64,000 nt of DNA, from NCBI GenBank assembly GCA_965153285.1, contig OZ229117.1. The stretch is one strand, 5' to 3'. How positions within the stretch are numbered: the stretch's first letter is position 1; the number at the start of each line of letters is the position of its first letter. Shown in pieces: positions 1 to 59,499 of this stretch. The stretch comes from Podarcis tiliguerta. Its lineage: Eukaryota. A program made the translations under genes and the position numbers. A model generated the notes under the pieces. The model was not told the DNA's origin and made no database searches. It was given only the letters and a program-made list of their open reading frames with translations.

Positions 1-1091
1 ACTGCAGAGGAGAAATGTTCCTGGGGATTGTATCCTAAAGGAGTAATAAATGGGCAGAAGTTGAAATAAGCAGAGTGAAAAGGGGTTTTTTTGTATTAAA
101 TTTGTATGTGAATAGAGATGCCATTTGTGGTAATGTTTGTAAGTTAATATTTTTTAATAAAATAAAAGATCCAACTGATTAAACTAAACCCACAACAAAA
201 GCATTGGCTGTGGATTTCTCTCTGGGCTAATCTACCTCCTTTAAGAGGTCATGTTGCATGAACATAAAAAAACCATGAAATGCAGTTATTTCTGGACTAT
301 GCCACTTTGGACAGCAAATTGGTGACTGGGTTTTTAATATCTCTCGTGTTACCTTTTTCAGGGTTTTTTTGAAGCCCTCCATGAACACAGAAGGTCAGGG
401 ATTACTAACTTAGCTGTTTCCCTGACACGCTAACCTACTGCACTAAAGGGATTTTTAAAGGGGCATTTAAATATGCAGCTCCACCTGCAAACTGAAGTAG
501 TACAATCCAGTAAAGGGACCTAGCAGAAGAGCAGGTATTTTGCAGGCAGAAGATCCCAGATTCAGTCTTTGTGTGACAAGCACCTGTAATCTGATGCGGA
601 CTCTGAATAGACAAAATACTGATTTTAGTTCTGATCCACTCTCATGGTTTAATCTCCCATTTTTAATGGCCCCTCTGAGCTGCCCTAGCTAGTTCTTTTG
701 CAACAGGTTTAGAACCATTAAGGAAGTAGAACCATGCTCAAGTAAATAGGCCACTTTGGGGACACCTTGTTGGGGTTGATCTACTGCATCCAACAAGAGG
801 CAGTGAGGACCACCAACAAGGATGATTTTAAAAGAGGATTATAGACATTCATGGATGATAAGGCTATCAATGGCTATGTTCTCCATCCATTGTCAGAGGC
901 AGAATGCTGCAGTAGATGGGTCACTGGTCAGATACAGCAAGCTTATTCTTACGCTCTTATCCAAGTTATTTCTCTTACCTGGGAGACATCTTGCTAGCAA
1001 GAGGGGGCTTTTCAACTTTTTCATGGTATGGCTACAACTATCCCCTTCCATATACCTTGGTGAACAAGCACAGACTAACTTAGTTAATCAG

Positions 1092-1097
1092 TTTATT
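1092..1097 (-). terminator. Candidate TRAPPC2L polyadenylation signal AATAAA
   Basis: TTTATT on plus strand about 100 nt past the stop codon, followed on the minus strand by a GT-rich tract (GTTAGTCTGTGCTTGTT). Confidence 0.55.
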
Positions 1098-1199
1098 ATA
1101 CAATGTGGGATTTTGGAGGGAAGAATATACACAACAAACAATTCTGTACAGTGGGGCAAGTTGTCTCAGGTAAATCAGCTGGAAGAAGAGGCAGAAGCT

Positions 1200-1245
1200 T
1201 CAACAAACTTGCACCATCATGGACGTCACCATGTTGTCAAAGGCC
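1200..1245 (-). CDS. TRAPPC2L: TRAPPC2L last coding exon
   Basis: Acceptor TTTTCCAAG|[15 protein letters not shown] then TGA, 46 nt. Confidence 0.93.
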
Positions 1246-4200
1246 CTTGGAAAAGCAGGGACATGTAGTGTTAAAAGAAGCAGAGCAAAGGTTCATCAAA
1301 GACAGACCAGCTAACTAAGATAATGGAGCAATAAAAAGGCAGCTTTTCACCTATATGGCTGCGTTTGCCAGCAGTTCATCTATCACTGTTGCCTTTAAAA
1401 CAGTTTCCTCAATGTTGCAAGCAGATTTGAAAGCACAGATATCCAAGAGAGCATTTAACGAAGCAGGTTGCTTCACCTGTCTCATTCCATCCTACAGGCA
1501 TACTCATATTTTCTTACATACGCGTGGAAACTCATCATCCCTGACCACTGGACATGTTGGCAAGGAATGATGGGAGTTGTAGTCCCAACAACACCTGGGG
1601 ATTCAAGGTTGAGAAAGGCTGTTCTAAAAAATAGTAAACAACCAACCAGGCAAAATGCCTCAGGTGGAAGTTCCATAATTTGGGTACAATCCACAAGAAG
1701 CCCACTCTTTAGTAGCTACCTGCTGTACCTCCAGAAAGTGGGGAACACCCAGTGAGGGAGCTCCTAAGATCTTAATTGACAGGAAGGTTTATGGCATGAT
1801 TCCATGATTTTGGAAGGGGAAACGAGGTGAATACTATTGCAGAGCAGATGTGGGAGAGGCTCAGGATAATATTGCTAAATGCCACTAGAATAGTTCAGCG
1901 GATTCTGGAAAGACAAAGCTTCCAACAAAGGTTAAGACCAACAAAGCTAGTTAAGTTCCAAAGAGACAGGTACTCTCACCAGCCTGCTCACCTGGATTGG
2001 ATCTGGTCCCCGGGATTATAAAAGGGGTTGCACATGACATCTGTGAAGGAATTATGCAGCTTCCTGAACATCTGAAAAGGGAAGAACCACTTCAGTGACC
2101 AGAATGTAGGGACCAATTAGTCTTGAGTAAGCAGAAGGAAGTTCTACTTTGACTGGCTCCCTGCAGCTGCCCTGTACTTACACTGCGGATTTCGTTGTCC
2201 CTGAGTGCAGTGTTGGAAGAATCCACCACCATCACAAACTTCACCTTGGAATTGGTCACGTAGCCATATCTGCTTCAGCAGTCAAGGTCTATTTTTAAGA
2301 ATATACAAAGCCATCTCACACTTAGTCAGGCCATTGGTCCATCATCTCTCAGTACTGTCTATACCAAGGGTGGTTAATCTGAGGCCCTCCTGAAAATCCC
2401 AGCTCACATCAGCACTGGTAAGAATAACCAGTGGTTGAGGGCTATGGGAGTTATAGTTAAGCAACATTTGCGGTGGGACGACGACAATTTAGCTACCACT
2501 GGTCTACACTGACTGGCAGCAACTTTCCAGGGTTCCAAACAAGAATCTCTCAGCCTTTTCTGGAGAGGCCAAATAAGTCTGTGCTCCATCACTGAGCCCT
2601 TAACAAATAAACACAAAACAACTGGATTATGCTAAACACTCCCTAAGCAAGGAGCAGCTTGCCCACATGTAACTGGGTTCAGACTGAATACATAGCAGCT
2701 CTCTGCACTGTCACTCATTCTGCAAGCCCAACCCACACCCTATTTTAACCAATCGACTTTAGATTTCAGTTCCAGGGGCTCCTGAGGTATCACATTCCAG
2801 ATTTGTCCTTCAACTGAATGAACAAGTTGCTCAGTAGCAGCTGTTGACTGCACAGTCTTAAGGCCACAGAGCAGTTGCATGCAGCCTTAACTGCTGTGAC
2901 TTCTAAACTACATAGGAAGCTGCCTATGCTGAGTCAGCCATTGGTACATCAAGCTCAGTAATGCCTGCACTGACTGGCAGCTCTCTAGTTTCCCCAGCCC
3001 TACCTGGAAATGCCAGGGATTCGACCTGGAACCTTCTACATACAAAGTTTGTGCCTTACTACTGAGCTATGACTTTTCTCTATATATCAAAGCACACAAA
3101 ACTAGTTTAAAACTAAACAGCAACAGATCCAACTAAATTCCAGTGCTACAGCCCAGCTGTGATCAGAACTTTACCCTCCTTTCAGTTCACTTGGAATAAT
3201 GAAGCAAGACTGCAAGAAGGGAACCTGAGAAACAATCACATAACAGCAGAGCTGGAAGGGATCTTGAATGGCCAACTCCTCATTCAACCCAAAAGGCATC
3301 TAAGATACACTTTGTAGTCTTCAGTTGGGTAGAGCAACCCCAGGTAGAGCTCTCTCTGGTCCACAAGAGCTTTTCCCATAGCAGAGATTTTCTCATCCAC
3401 AACATCAAGAGATGTGTGGACTGTGTAGTGGAACTTCAGTTCATTTTCTGTTGGAATGCTCTTGATGTACAGAGGGTAGTTCTAGAATGAAAAAACAAAC
3501 AAACCACCAAGTTACTGAACTATGAAGTGATCCAACTGATCTATACAGTTCTAACTCCCTCTCCCACAACAGGATTCTGAGTAGTACCTTTTCATACCAA
3601 TTTTAACACAGAATCCAAATCAGACACCTATCTCAATCAAGCCAGGTGCAAGCCCCCAACAACTGGTTCACAGCTGGAAGAACTCAAATCCCCAAGCAAA
3701 GGTCACATTTTTAAGTACATGTTTATTAAAATATGTTCTGCCTTTCTTTGACTCAAGGCCGTTTACAGGCAAGACACAATAAAACAATATTCATATCTGA
3801 ATTTTTATGCAACCCACATTAATATTTCCAGTTAGGGTTTCAGAAAAAGCAAGGCAAAGCAGCTTTAAACCCCCAGACTCCAACATCCCGATGGAAGGAT
3901 TGTGGATATTTTCACCCCCTCCCATTGCAAGAATCTCCTGGTGTTTTCAGAAAGGAGGGAGCGGAAACTGCTCTTCACTTCTTCTGCTCCTGCCTGACTC
4001 TGTGGGGAGTCTGAGTGTTATCTATGTAGAGATTAGATGGCTGAGTGAGAACTGTAACACTCATGCAAGCCAGTAGCTCTTTAGTTTTTAGTTTGCAGTA
4101 GCTATTAGAAAATAAAGAAGAGTTATGCTTCACAGCTTTATTCCGTGTTGTTCATACTCTGCTGAGTTTGGTGCTCACAATGGACAGTTGTGGGTCCAGT

Positions 4201-5364
4201 GAACTTAGACCTGCTTTCCAGGAGTGGAAGGTCTCTGGAAGTGCTCTAGCTCGCCTAGCCTAGTCAGGGCAGAACCAGTCTTTGAGCCCAGTTGTCAGCA
4301 TCAGCTCAAAGACGTACTGACAAGGATGTGCCCAAAAAGTTTGACAGTTTTCCACATACAGTTCATATATGAATTAGGTGCTTTGCTTCCTCCCCTGTTC
4401 CCCCTCCCTGATTATTACTTGGGAAAGGAGAAGAAAACCTGACGAAAACCAACTCCTTATCACGTTTGTCACTGCAACCCATTCACTTGTCCTTCAACCT
4501 TTCATGCACAACCTGCACCACTGCCCGGAGAGAGAGAGAGCAAATTTAACAGAGGCTGCTGCAGCCGTTGCTCCTTTCTTGCTTATTGAATGCAACCAAA
4601 CGGGAAGTGACAAGAAGGGAGGAGCTGGGGGCTCCAGGGATCAGCAGTAGTCCCCGCCCCACAGTTGGGGTGTCAGCCTCAGAAGGTGCCAAAGATAGCA
4701 GCCCTGCTTTAAGAACCTAGCATAAGAGTCTGACAGGCTCAATCTGGTCCATCTAACAGTGTTTCTCAACCTTGGGTCCCCAGATGTTGTTGGAGTACAA
4801 CTCCCATCATCCCTGAGCTCAGGCCTTGCTAGCTAGGGATGATGGGAGTTGTAGTTCAACATCTGGAAACCCAAGGTTGAGAAAGGCTGATTCTAGTCCA
4901 ACATCCGGTTATCAAAGTGGCAAACCAGATGCCCCAATGGGAAGCCCCACAAGCAAGGCGTAATGCAAGAGCAACTCGCCCATCCTGCTGTTTCCAGCAA
5001 CTGGTACTCAAAGACAACCTGCCTCTGACAGTGAAGAAAGAGCATAGCCATTAATAGCTTTCCCTGCTCCATGAATTTGTCCGACCCTTTTTCAAAGCCA
5101 TCCAAGTTTGTGGCCATTACTACATCTTGTGGCAGAGAGTTCCATAGATTAATTAGCTACGTACCCTTTGCGGGGGGTAGAATAGCAGAAGAGAGGATTT
5201 ACCCTCATTCCCTGGTTAACGGCTTCCCAGGAATGTCTGAAGGCAATATTGTGTTCCCCCACCCTTCCCATTCCTCTCTCCCTCCCCCACCCACCGCCCC
5301 GTCCCTCAATTGCCCCTGCCCGGTCTCCCACCTCCTTGGCGATCACAGCAATACAAGCCGCCAT
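1200..5364 (-). CDS. TRAPPC2L: Trafficking protein particle complex subunit 2-like; complement(join(1200..1245,1992..2071,2182..2269,3309..3481,5332..5364)), 420 nt, 139 aa
   Basis: Spliced translation [139 protein letters not shown] matches recalled vertebrate TRAPPC2L; all introns GT-AG; head-to-head with GALNS as in human. Confidence 0.97.
1992..2071 (-). CDS. TRAPPC2L: TRAPPC2L coding exon 4
   Basis: Acceptor TTTCAG|ATG, donor CAG|GTGAGC, 80 nt. Confidence 0.95.
2182..2269 (-). CDS. TRAPPC2L: TRAPPC2L coding exon 3
   Basis: Acceptor AAGCAG|ATA, donor AGT|GTAAGT, 88 nt. Confidence 0.95.
2365..2501. mobile_element. hAT-type MITE nested in a tRNA-derived SINE
   Basis: Imperfect TIRs CAAGGGTGGTTAA / CAGTGGTAGCTAA; 8-bp TSD GTCTATAC 2357-2364 vs GTCTACAC 2502-2509; flanks rejoin into the SINE family also seen at 2911-3075. 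Confidence 0.75.
2911..3075 (-). mobile_element. tRNA-derived SINE copy
   Basis: Minus strand has TAGCTCAGT A-box and GGTCGAATCCC B-box-like head and the AGGCAGCTTCCTATG tail shared with several other copies in the window. Confidence 0.7.
3309..3481 (-). CDS. TRAPPC2L: TRAPPC2L coding exon 2
   Basis: Acceptor TTCTAG|AAC, donor GT|GTATCTTA, 173 nt. Confidence 0.95.
4720..5150 (-). mobile_element. CR1-type LINE 3' end, interrupted by a MITE
   Basis: Minus-strand [17 protein letters not shown] resembles the CR1 ORF2 C-terminus; similar 3' UTR copies at ~820-900, ~9490-9700, ~21610-21720, ~44800-44885, ~56280-56470. Confidence 0.7.
4757..4889. mobile_element. Palindromic hAT-Charlie-like MITE
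   Basis: Near-perfect hairpin CAGTGTTTCTCAACCTTGGG...CCCAAGGTTGAGAAAGGCTG with ACAACTCCCATCATCCCT arms; related copies at ~1530-1620, ~13784-13905, 19073-19229, ~26728-26840, ~54615-54750. Confidence 0.8.
5332..5364 (-). CDS. TRAPPC2L: TRAPPC2L coding exon 1 ([11 protein letters not shown])
   Basis: Start context AAGATGG, donor GAG|GTGGGA, 33 nt. Confidence 0.95.
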
Positions 5365-5920
5365 CTTGGGTACTGGTGGGTTCGCTTCGTCCCTCCCTCT
5401 TTCACGTAACAGCATCTTTGCCCTTACAGTATTTACATCCACGTCATCGGAGAACCAATGAGCCCAGCGGACCACGGCTCCGCCTCCGCGGCTCTGCGCA
5501 CGTGACTCTCCTCAGGCACGAGTGAATGAGCCGGCCCAGACTCTTGTTCCTACATAGAGACTGCAGGCGAGGGTTGCCAGGCAGTCTCCTCCCACTTCCA
5601 GCTTTTTTTGAACAGCATATCCGCTGCCGCCATATGCGGGGCCAGGAGCAATTATTTCGCCTATATTTACAAAACTCCCATATTGTGGATGGGTTACTAC
5701 ATATAATTAAAACTATACCATATGCCAGAAGTGTGGCGTGGGCTCTTTCCTTCTTTCTAAAGTGCTCCCTCTTGAGTCCCGCCCATGTCTTTAACTCAGC
5801 GCGTTCAATGGAGAACCGGTAGTGACTTTCTAGTTACCCTGAGTGTTCCCACGTGCCCCTTGGGCCGTTCCCTCTTCCCCAACTTTTTTTCGGACTCGCG
5901 GTGGGCTTGGAGTGGTTGCC
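5365..5920. promoter_or_regulatory. Bidirectional CpG-rich promoter shared by TRAPPC2L and GALNS
   Basis: 556 bp between divergent ATGs; raised CpG; CRE-like CCACGTCA ~5440, CCAAT ~5455, GC box CTCCGCCTCC ~5478, E-boxes CACGTGAC 5499-5506 and CACGTG 5850-5855, YY1-like GCCGCCAT ~5357 and ~5626. Confidence 0.85.
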
Positions 5921-55052
<49,132 letters not shown>

Positions 55053-55873
55053 GCATCTCATGCCTGACCTGCTGGAGACAGAGCTGCTGCGGATCATTTC
55101 TTCAGAAAAGGGGCATTGTGGGAAGAAGTCCAGAGTGTTTCCCTCCTCTCTTTCTCAGGGTTACAGCAGTAAATCTATATGAATTCAGTCTCTCAGTACA
55201 GACAGGGCCAAGGTACTGTGATCTTAAGACTATTTCAGATATTAGGGCTGGAGAGCCTGCCTTAGTCCTTTGCTACACATAAGTTCCTTTGAGACTGAGC
55301 CCTCAGTTATCAGTTGTGATCATCTCTCACAGCATTCTGCTCCCCTCCCACTGCCTAGAATTGGAAGTTTGTCCTGGAGCTCAGGAACCCTTCTGGACCT
55401 GATGAGGCAGAGCATCTCTGTGCCATCTAAAAATTGTTAAGCGTCAATGCCAGTATTCAGCGGCTCCAGCAAATGTACAGTGTTGCTTAAACATGCTTGG
55501 AGCAAAGACTGCTGCTCACTGCATGCAGTGCCAGCAACATTACAGTCTATTGACTATAATGTCTCCCATACCCTCTGCAGGCCAGCTTTGGCAGGTGGGC
55601 AGGACTACCCACCTGTCAATCGCCAGGCATCATAATGGTGTCAAAGTTTAAAGGAGGTTGTTGCATCCTTCTTTGAGGATGCTATTCCAGCACTAATCAG
55701 CTCATTGGCACTGAATGATCACCATTCAGCTGATCATTAGTTACAGGAAGCCCCTTTGAAGTCTTTGCAGAGAAGACAATGCACCTAAAATTGAAGTATT
55801 TTTCCCTCTGCAAAGAAAATGGTCTCTACTCAAAGTGCTTTCTCCAGCTCTTTCAATACAAACTGCTTCATCC

Positions 55874-55874
<1 letters not shown>

Positions 55875-55918
<44 letters not shown>
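55875..55918. repeat. (TTTC)n microsatellite in the predicted GALNS 3' UTR
   Basis: Read directly. Confidence 0.95.
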
Positions 55919-56563
55919 AGCTTTTTGGATTCAAAACAAAGGAGGAAGTGCTTTAAATCCAAGTTCCTTCCTATAGCCCCCTTGGCTGCACTAGATAACT
56001 TCCTAGTGCAGCCAATCCCAGCTGATTGTTGGGGCTTTGGCAGTGCAGGGCTCTCTTCGAGCACTAACAGTTTGCTGATCATTGGTGTTTGCACAGAGTC
56101 CTGCATTCCACTTCAAAAAGGGCTCCGCAGGTGCCCTTTTGGGCCCAGCTATTACTTTACCTGCATCTCACACCTGATGCAATATATGCTAGCAGGTGTA
56201 GGGCAGGTGAGTGTGTCTCAGCCAAAACGGTCTGGCCAGAGGCTCCCCACACCTGAGCTATATTATCAATAGTTAATGCCTCTGATAGCTAAGTGGAGCT
56301 TCTATGTTTAGAGGCAGTCTACCTCTACATGCCAGTTGCTGTGGGATGGAAGAACAACAGGGTAGTTGTCATAACGCCCAGCTTGTGGGCTTCTTGGAGG
56401 CACCTGGTCAGCCACTGCTGGAAACAGATGGCTGGCAAGGTAAACCTTTCTTCTGTTATTTTGCTATGCAAAGAAGTGTTCTCCATTGCAAACATTTCTT
56501 TTAAGACTTGGTTTCAAATGGTGCCAAAATATACATTTTCAAGAAGTGCCAAAGGTTAATATG

Positions 56564-56569
56564 AATAAA
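56564..56569 (+). terminator. Candidate GALNS polyadenylation signal (3' UTR about 1.5 kb)
   Basis: AATAAA followed by GT/T-rich tract GTCTGCTGCTGTGATGTTGTTTTT; further AATAAA at 57089 and 57109. Confidence 0.55.
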
Positions 56570-58465
56570 TGTCTGCTGCTGTGATGTTGTTTTTAGTATG
56601 ATTAGAAGAGTTCTGTATGTTTGTTGTTAACTTTCAAGAAATACTTCTGTCAGCTTTATAACTTTCTTATTGTGCGATTGTAAGAAATTAAGGCCAATAT
56701 AATATGTGATCTACAAGTGCTGTGTCTCTCTTCCCTGAGCTCCTTGTTGAATGAGATTGTGGAAGATAATAAGATTTGAAATGCAAATCCCGGCGTGCAG
56801 TATTTTAAAATGTGAGAAGTTGGGGAAGGAAAGGAGAAGAAGTGCCTTGGGGGCCTGTCATGCTAGCATTCTGTTTGATAAGCCAAGCCTCTTGGTTTAA
56901 GCTGTGATGGATTTCTTCACATGCCTACACCAGCAAAGTCTTGCTCCACTTCACTAAGTGGATCCCAGGGGAGACATTGAAAGACTGGCCTCTGCCATGG
57001 ATTCATTAAGTAGCCTTGAGTAAGTCACCTTCTCTGTCAAACTTTATGACAGTAGCCTATCTCACAGGGTTGTTGTGAAGACAGATCCAATAAAGATGGC
57101 AAAGTTGTAATAAAGATGCTATTTATAGCCTTCTCCTGTGGAAAGGAAGGTGTTGGGGTTCTCACAGAAAAGCTGAATTGGTGGTGAAATTGCAGAACAA
57201 ACTCAACTGCAAAACAGTACCGCCCCCCCTACAATTCCAATCACTTCCTGTCTTTGGGGATATAGCTGTTAAAAAAGCTCTGTGTTCCAATGGAAACTTG
57301 CATGCTTGGGTCAGTGTTTGTTTCTTCTGTTGCTAAGGCCTGGCCAGCTTGGGCCAGCTGTTGGGGGAAAGGATTTTTTCTGGTGGTGGAGGAGATAATT
57401 TGTCTTTGAGAAAATCCTAGTATTAGCAGGGACAGCTGTGAAAATAGCCTACACAGTGACCTTCTGCTTCATCACCCACCCACCCCGTTCTCTGTCTTGC
57501 CCAACAAAGGCCTTTCTGGGAAATGCAAATCCTTCTGGATGGATGTGACCTTTGTATAGGCTTTCAGCTCAACTATATCCCTTTAAAGAAAAAATAAATA
57601 TTCTCAGCAATGGAGACTGGAAATGGCAGTGCCCCTACAAGCACCTTGTATGGTGTTCCTTCACCCAAGATGCATTCTTTTCTGTCTTATCTAGCCTGGC
57701 AAAGAGTTCTGCGTAACTTGAAAGCTTGCAGACTGTACCATGAACGTTGGCTATTTAGCTGATCTGTGGATTCTGTTCTAATGGACCAAACCTGGCTGCC
57801 TCTTTCGTGTCGAAGAGTAAAAATGCCTTGTACAAAGCATATTAATTGAGAAGTATGTTCAGGGTTTCAGCCACATTCTTACAGGAACAGAAACTGGAAA
57901 TCCAACATTGCCAAGGTGAGTTCTGGAAACTAGCCCTTCGGCTCCACCAGGGGGCTTCATGGGACATCCGGCTTTGAACACATCCACCAGGGTTAAACAA
58001 TCTGCACTGCTTACCAAGCCAAGTTCAAGGTTTTGTTGTTGCCGTTTAAAGCCCTAAACTACATACTGGGACCTCTGCTAGTGGGTTGGGGCCAACAGTT
58101 TGGATCACGGCATGATCTAAAGTGGGTCACAGCAGCAGCATGGCCAACATACAGATATATGGTTAAATAAATGAGAAACATGTTCCCATATGCATGTTTG
58201 GATTAGAACTGGGTCTTTGGTTCGAAAAGGTTGAAGATATGTTGTAGCTGTTACTGCAATTTTTTTAATGCTATTTTTGTGATGTACAAATGACATGAGA
58301 AGACTTGGTCTATTTATTTGTATCACTTATAATTCCTATGTTCCTTGTTTATAAAACCTGATAAAAAGTTATTAAAAAAGCAAAAAGTACACAAAGGATG
58401 GCCACCTACAGATTGCCAAAGGACAGGAAATGCACAACACAAAATGAGGACACCTTTGCATAATA

Positions 58466-58694
58466 CAGTGGTACCTTGGGTTACAGGCGTTTCAGGTTAC
58501 AGAACTTCAGGTTACAGAATCCACTAACCCAGAAATAGTACCTCGGGTTAAGAACTTGGCTTCAGGATGAGAACAGAAATCACGCTCCGGCGGCGCAGCG
58601 GGAGGCCCCATTAGCTAAAGTGGTACCTTAGGTTAAGAACAGTTTCACGTTAAGAATGGACCTCCAGAACAAATTAAGTTCTTAACCCAAGGTA
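58466..58694. mobile_element. Tc1/mariner MITE, second copy, right TIR truncated
   Basis: Colinear with 12888-13113; left end TA|CAGTGGTACC; right end stops at AACCCAAGGTA. Confidence 0.88.
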
Positions 58695-58833
58695 TTTGCA
58701 TAAACCAATTATATTTGCATATTTTAAGGGGGAAATCACAATGATTTAAATATTGGGGGGGGGGGGGAGTTGTGTGCTTGCTTGATCTGCCAATTACTGG
58801 TAGGCTGGTTTATCTTTAAACCAGACTTGGACT

Positions 58834-59056
58834 GGACAGCCAGTGTGGTGTAGTGGTCAGAATGCTGGACTAGGACATGGGAGACTTGGGTCTGAATCCC
58901 TACTCAGCCAGGAAGCACACTGGGTGACCTTGGGCCAGTCACTCTCAGTTTAACCTACCTCACAGGATTCTGAATTATAAAAATGGGGAAGGAGGAGAAG
59001 ACGATGTATGCCACCTTGAGCTTCTTGGAGGAAAATTAAATAACACAGAAAATAAA
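58834..59056 (+). mobile_element. MIR-derived SINE (Squam3-like)
   Basis: GTGTGGTGTAGTGG head, GGTCTGAATCCC, GGGTGACCTTGGGCCAGTCAC core, CCTTGAGCTTCTTGGAGGAAAA end. Confidence 0.75.
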
Positions 59057-59499
59057 GAGAGGAATTTCCTCTGGAAAATTGCGCACAAACCCACTCCATG
59101 TCCTCGTAGCTGCAATAACCCCATATTTTTTGACCCCAGCTCTCCTCCTCTGCGTGTGCCTTCTGTCAAGATTCTCGATTGTAAGGGAGGTGGGGCAGCG
59201 ACCTGACCTTTGCAAAGTAAAGCTCGCGTTGATGACGGCTGCAAGCCAGAGAGCGGAAGCCCAGCTGATTCACCGGCTAAATATGCAATGAGAGTCCTGC
59301 CTCGCCCTTGAGCACCCGCTGGCAAAGTGGAGGAAAATAACTCCCCGTTTTCGAAACCAAAAATATTTAACGGCCTTGGTTCTGTGCACAAAGCTGGACT
59401 TTTAAGCTTATGGTAAGTAAGGAGCCACTAATTATTTGTGGTTAATATAAACCCACATAGATAGGGACCTGGAGGTTCTAACTTTCTTTGCTGACTCCT

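Noticed and set aside
822-1268. 148-aa plus-strand ORF overlapping the TRAPPC2L last exon
   Set aside because: Starts in a CR1 3' fragment and crosses the antisense UTR; no recognisable homology, and not PABPN1L-like
4757-4889. Strong hairpin as a pre-miRNA
   Set aside because: Multi-copy MITE with terminal inverted repeats; no expression evidence
5843-5920. In-frame upstream extension of GALNS exon 1 (and the similar one for APRT from 59488)
   Set aside because: Both begin at GTG/TTG; the downstream ATGs have strong Kozak context and give the expected N-termini
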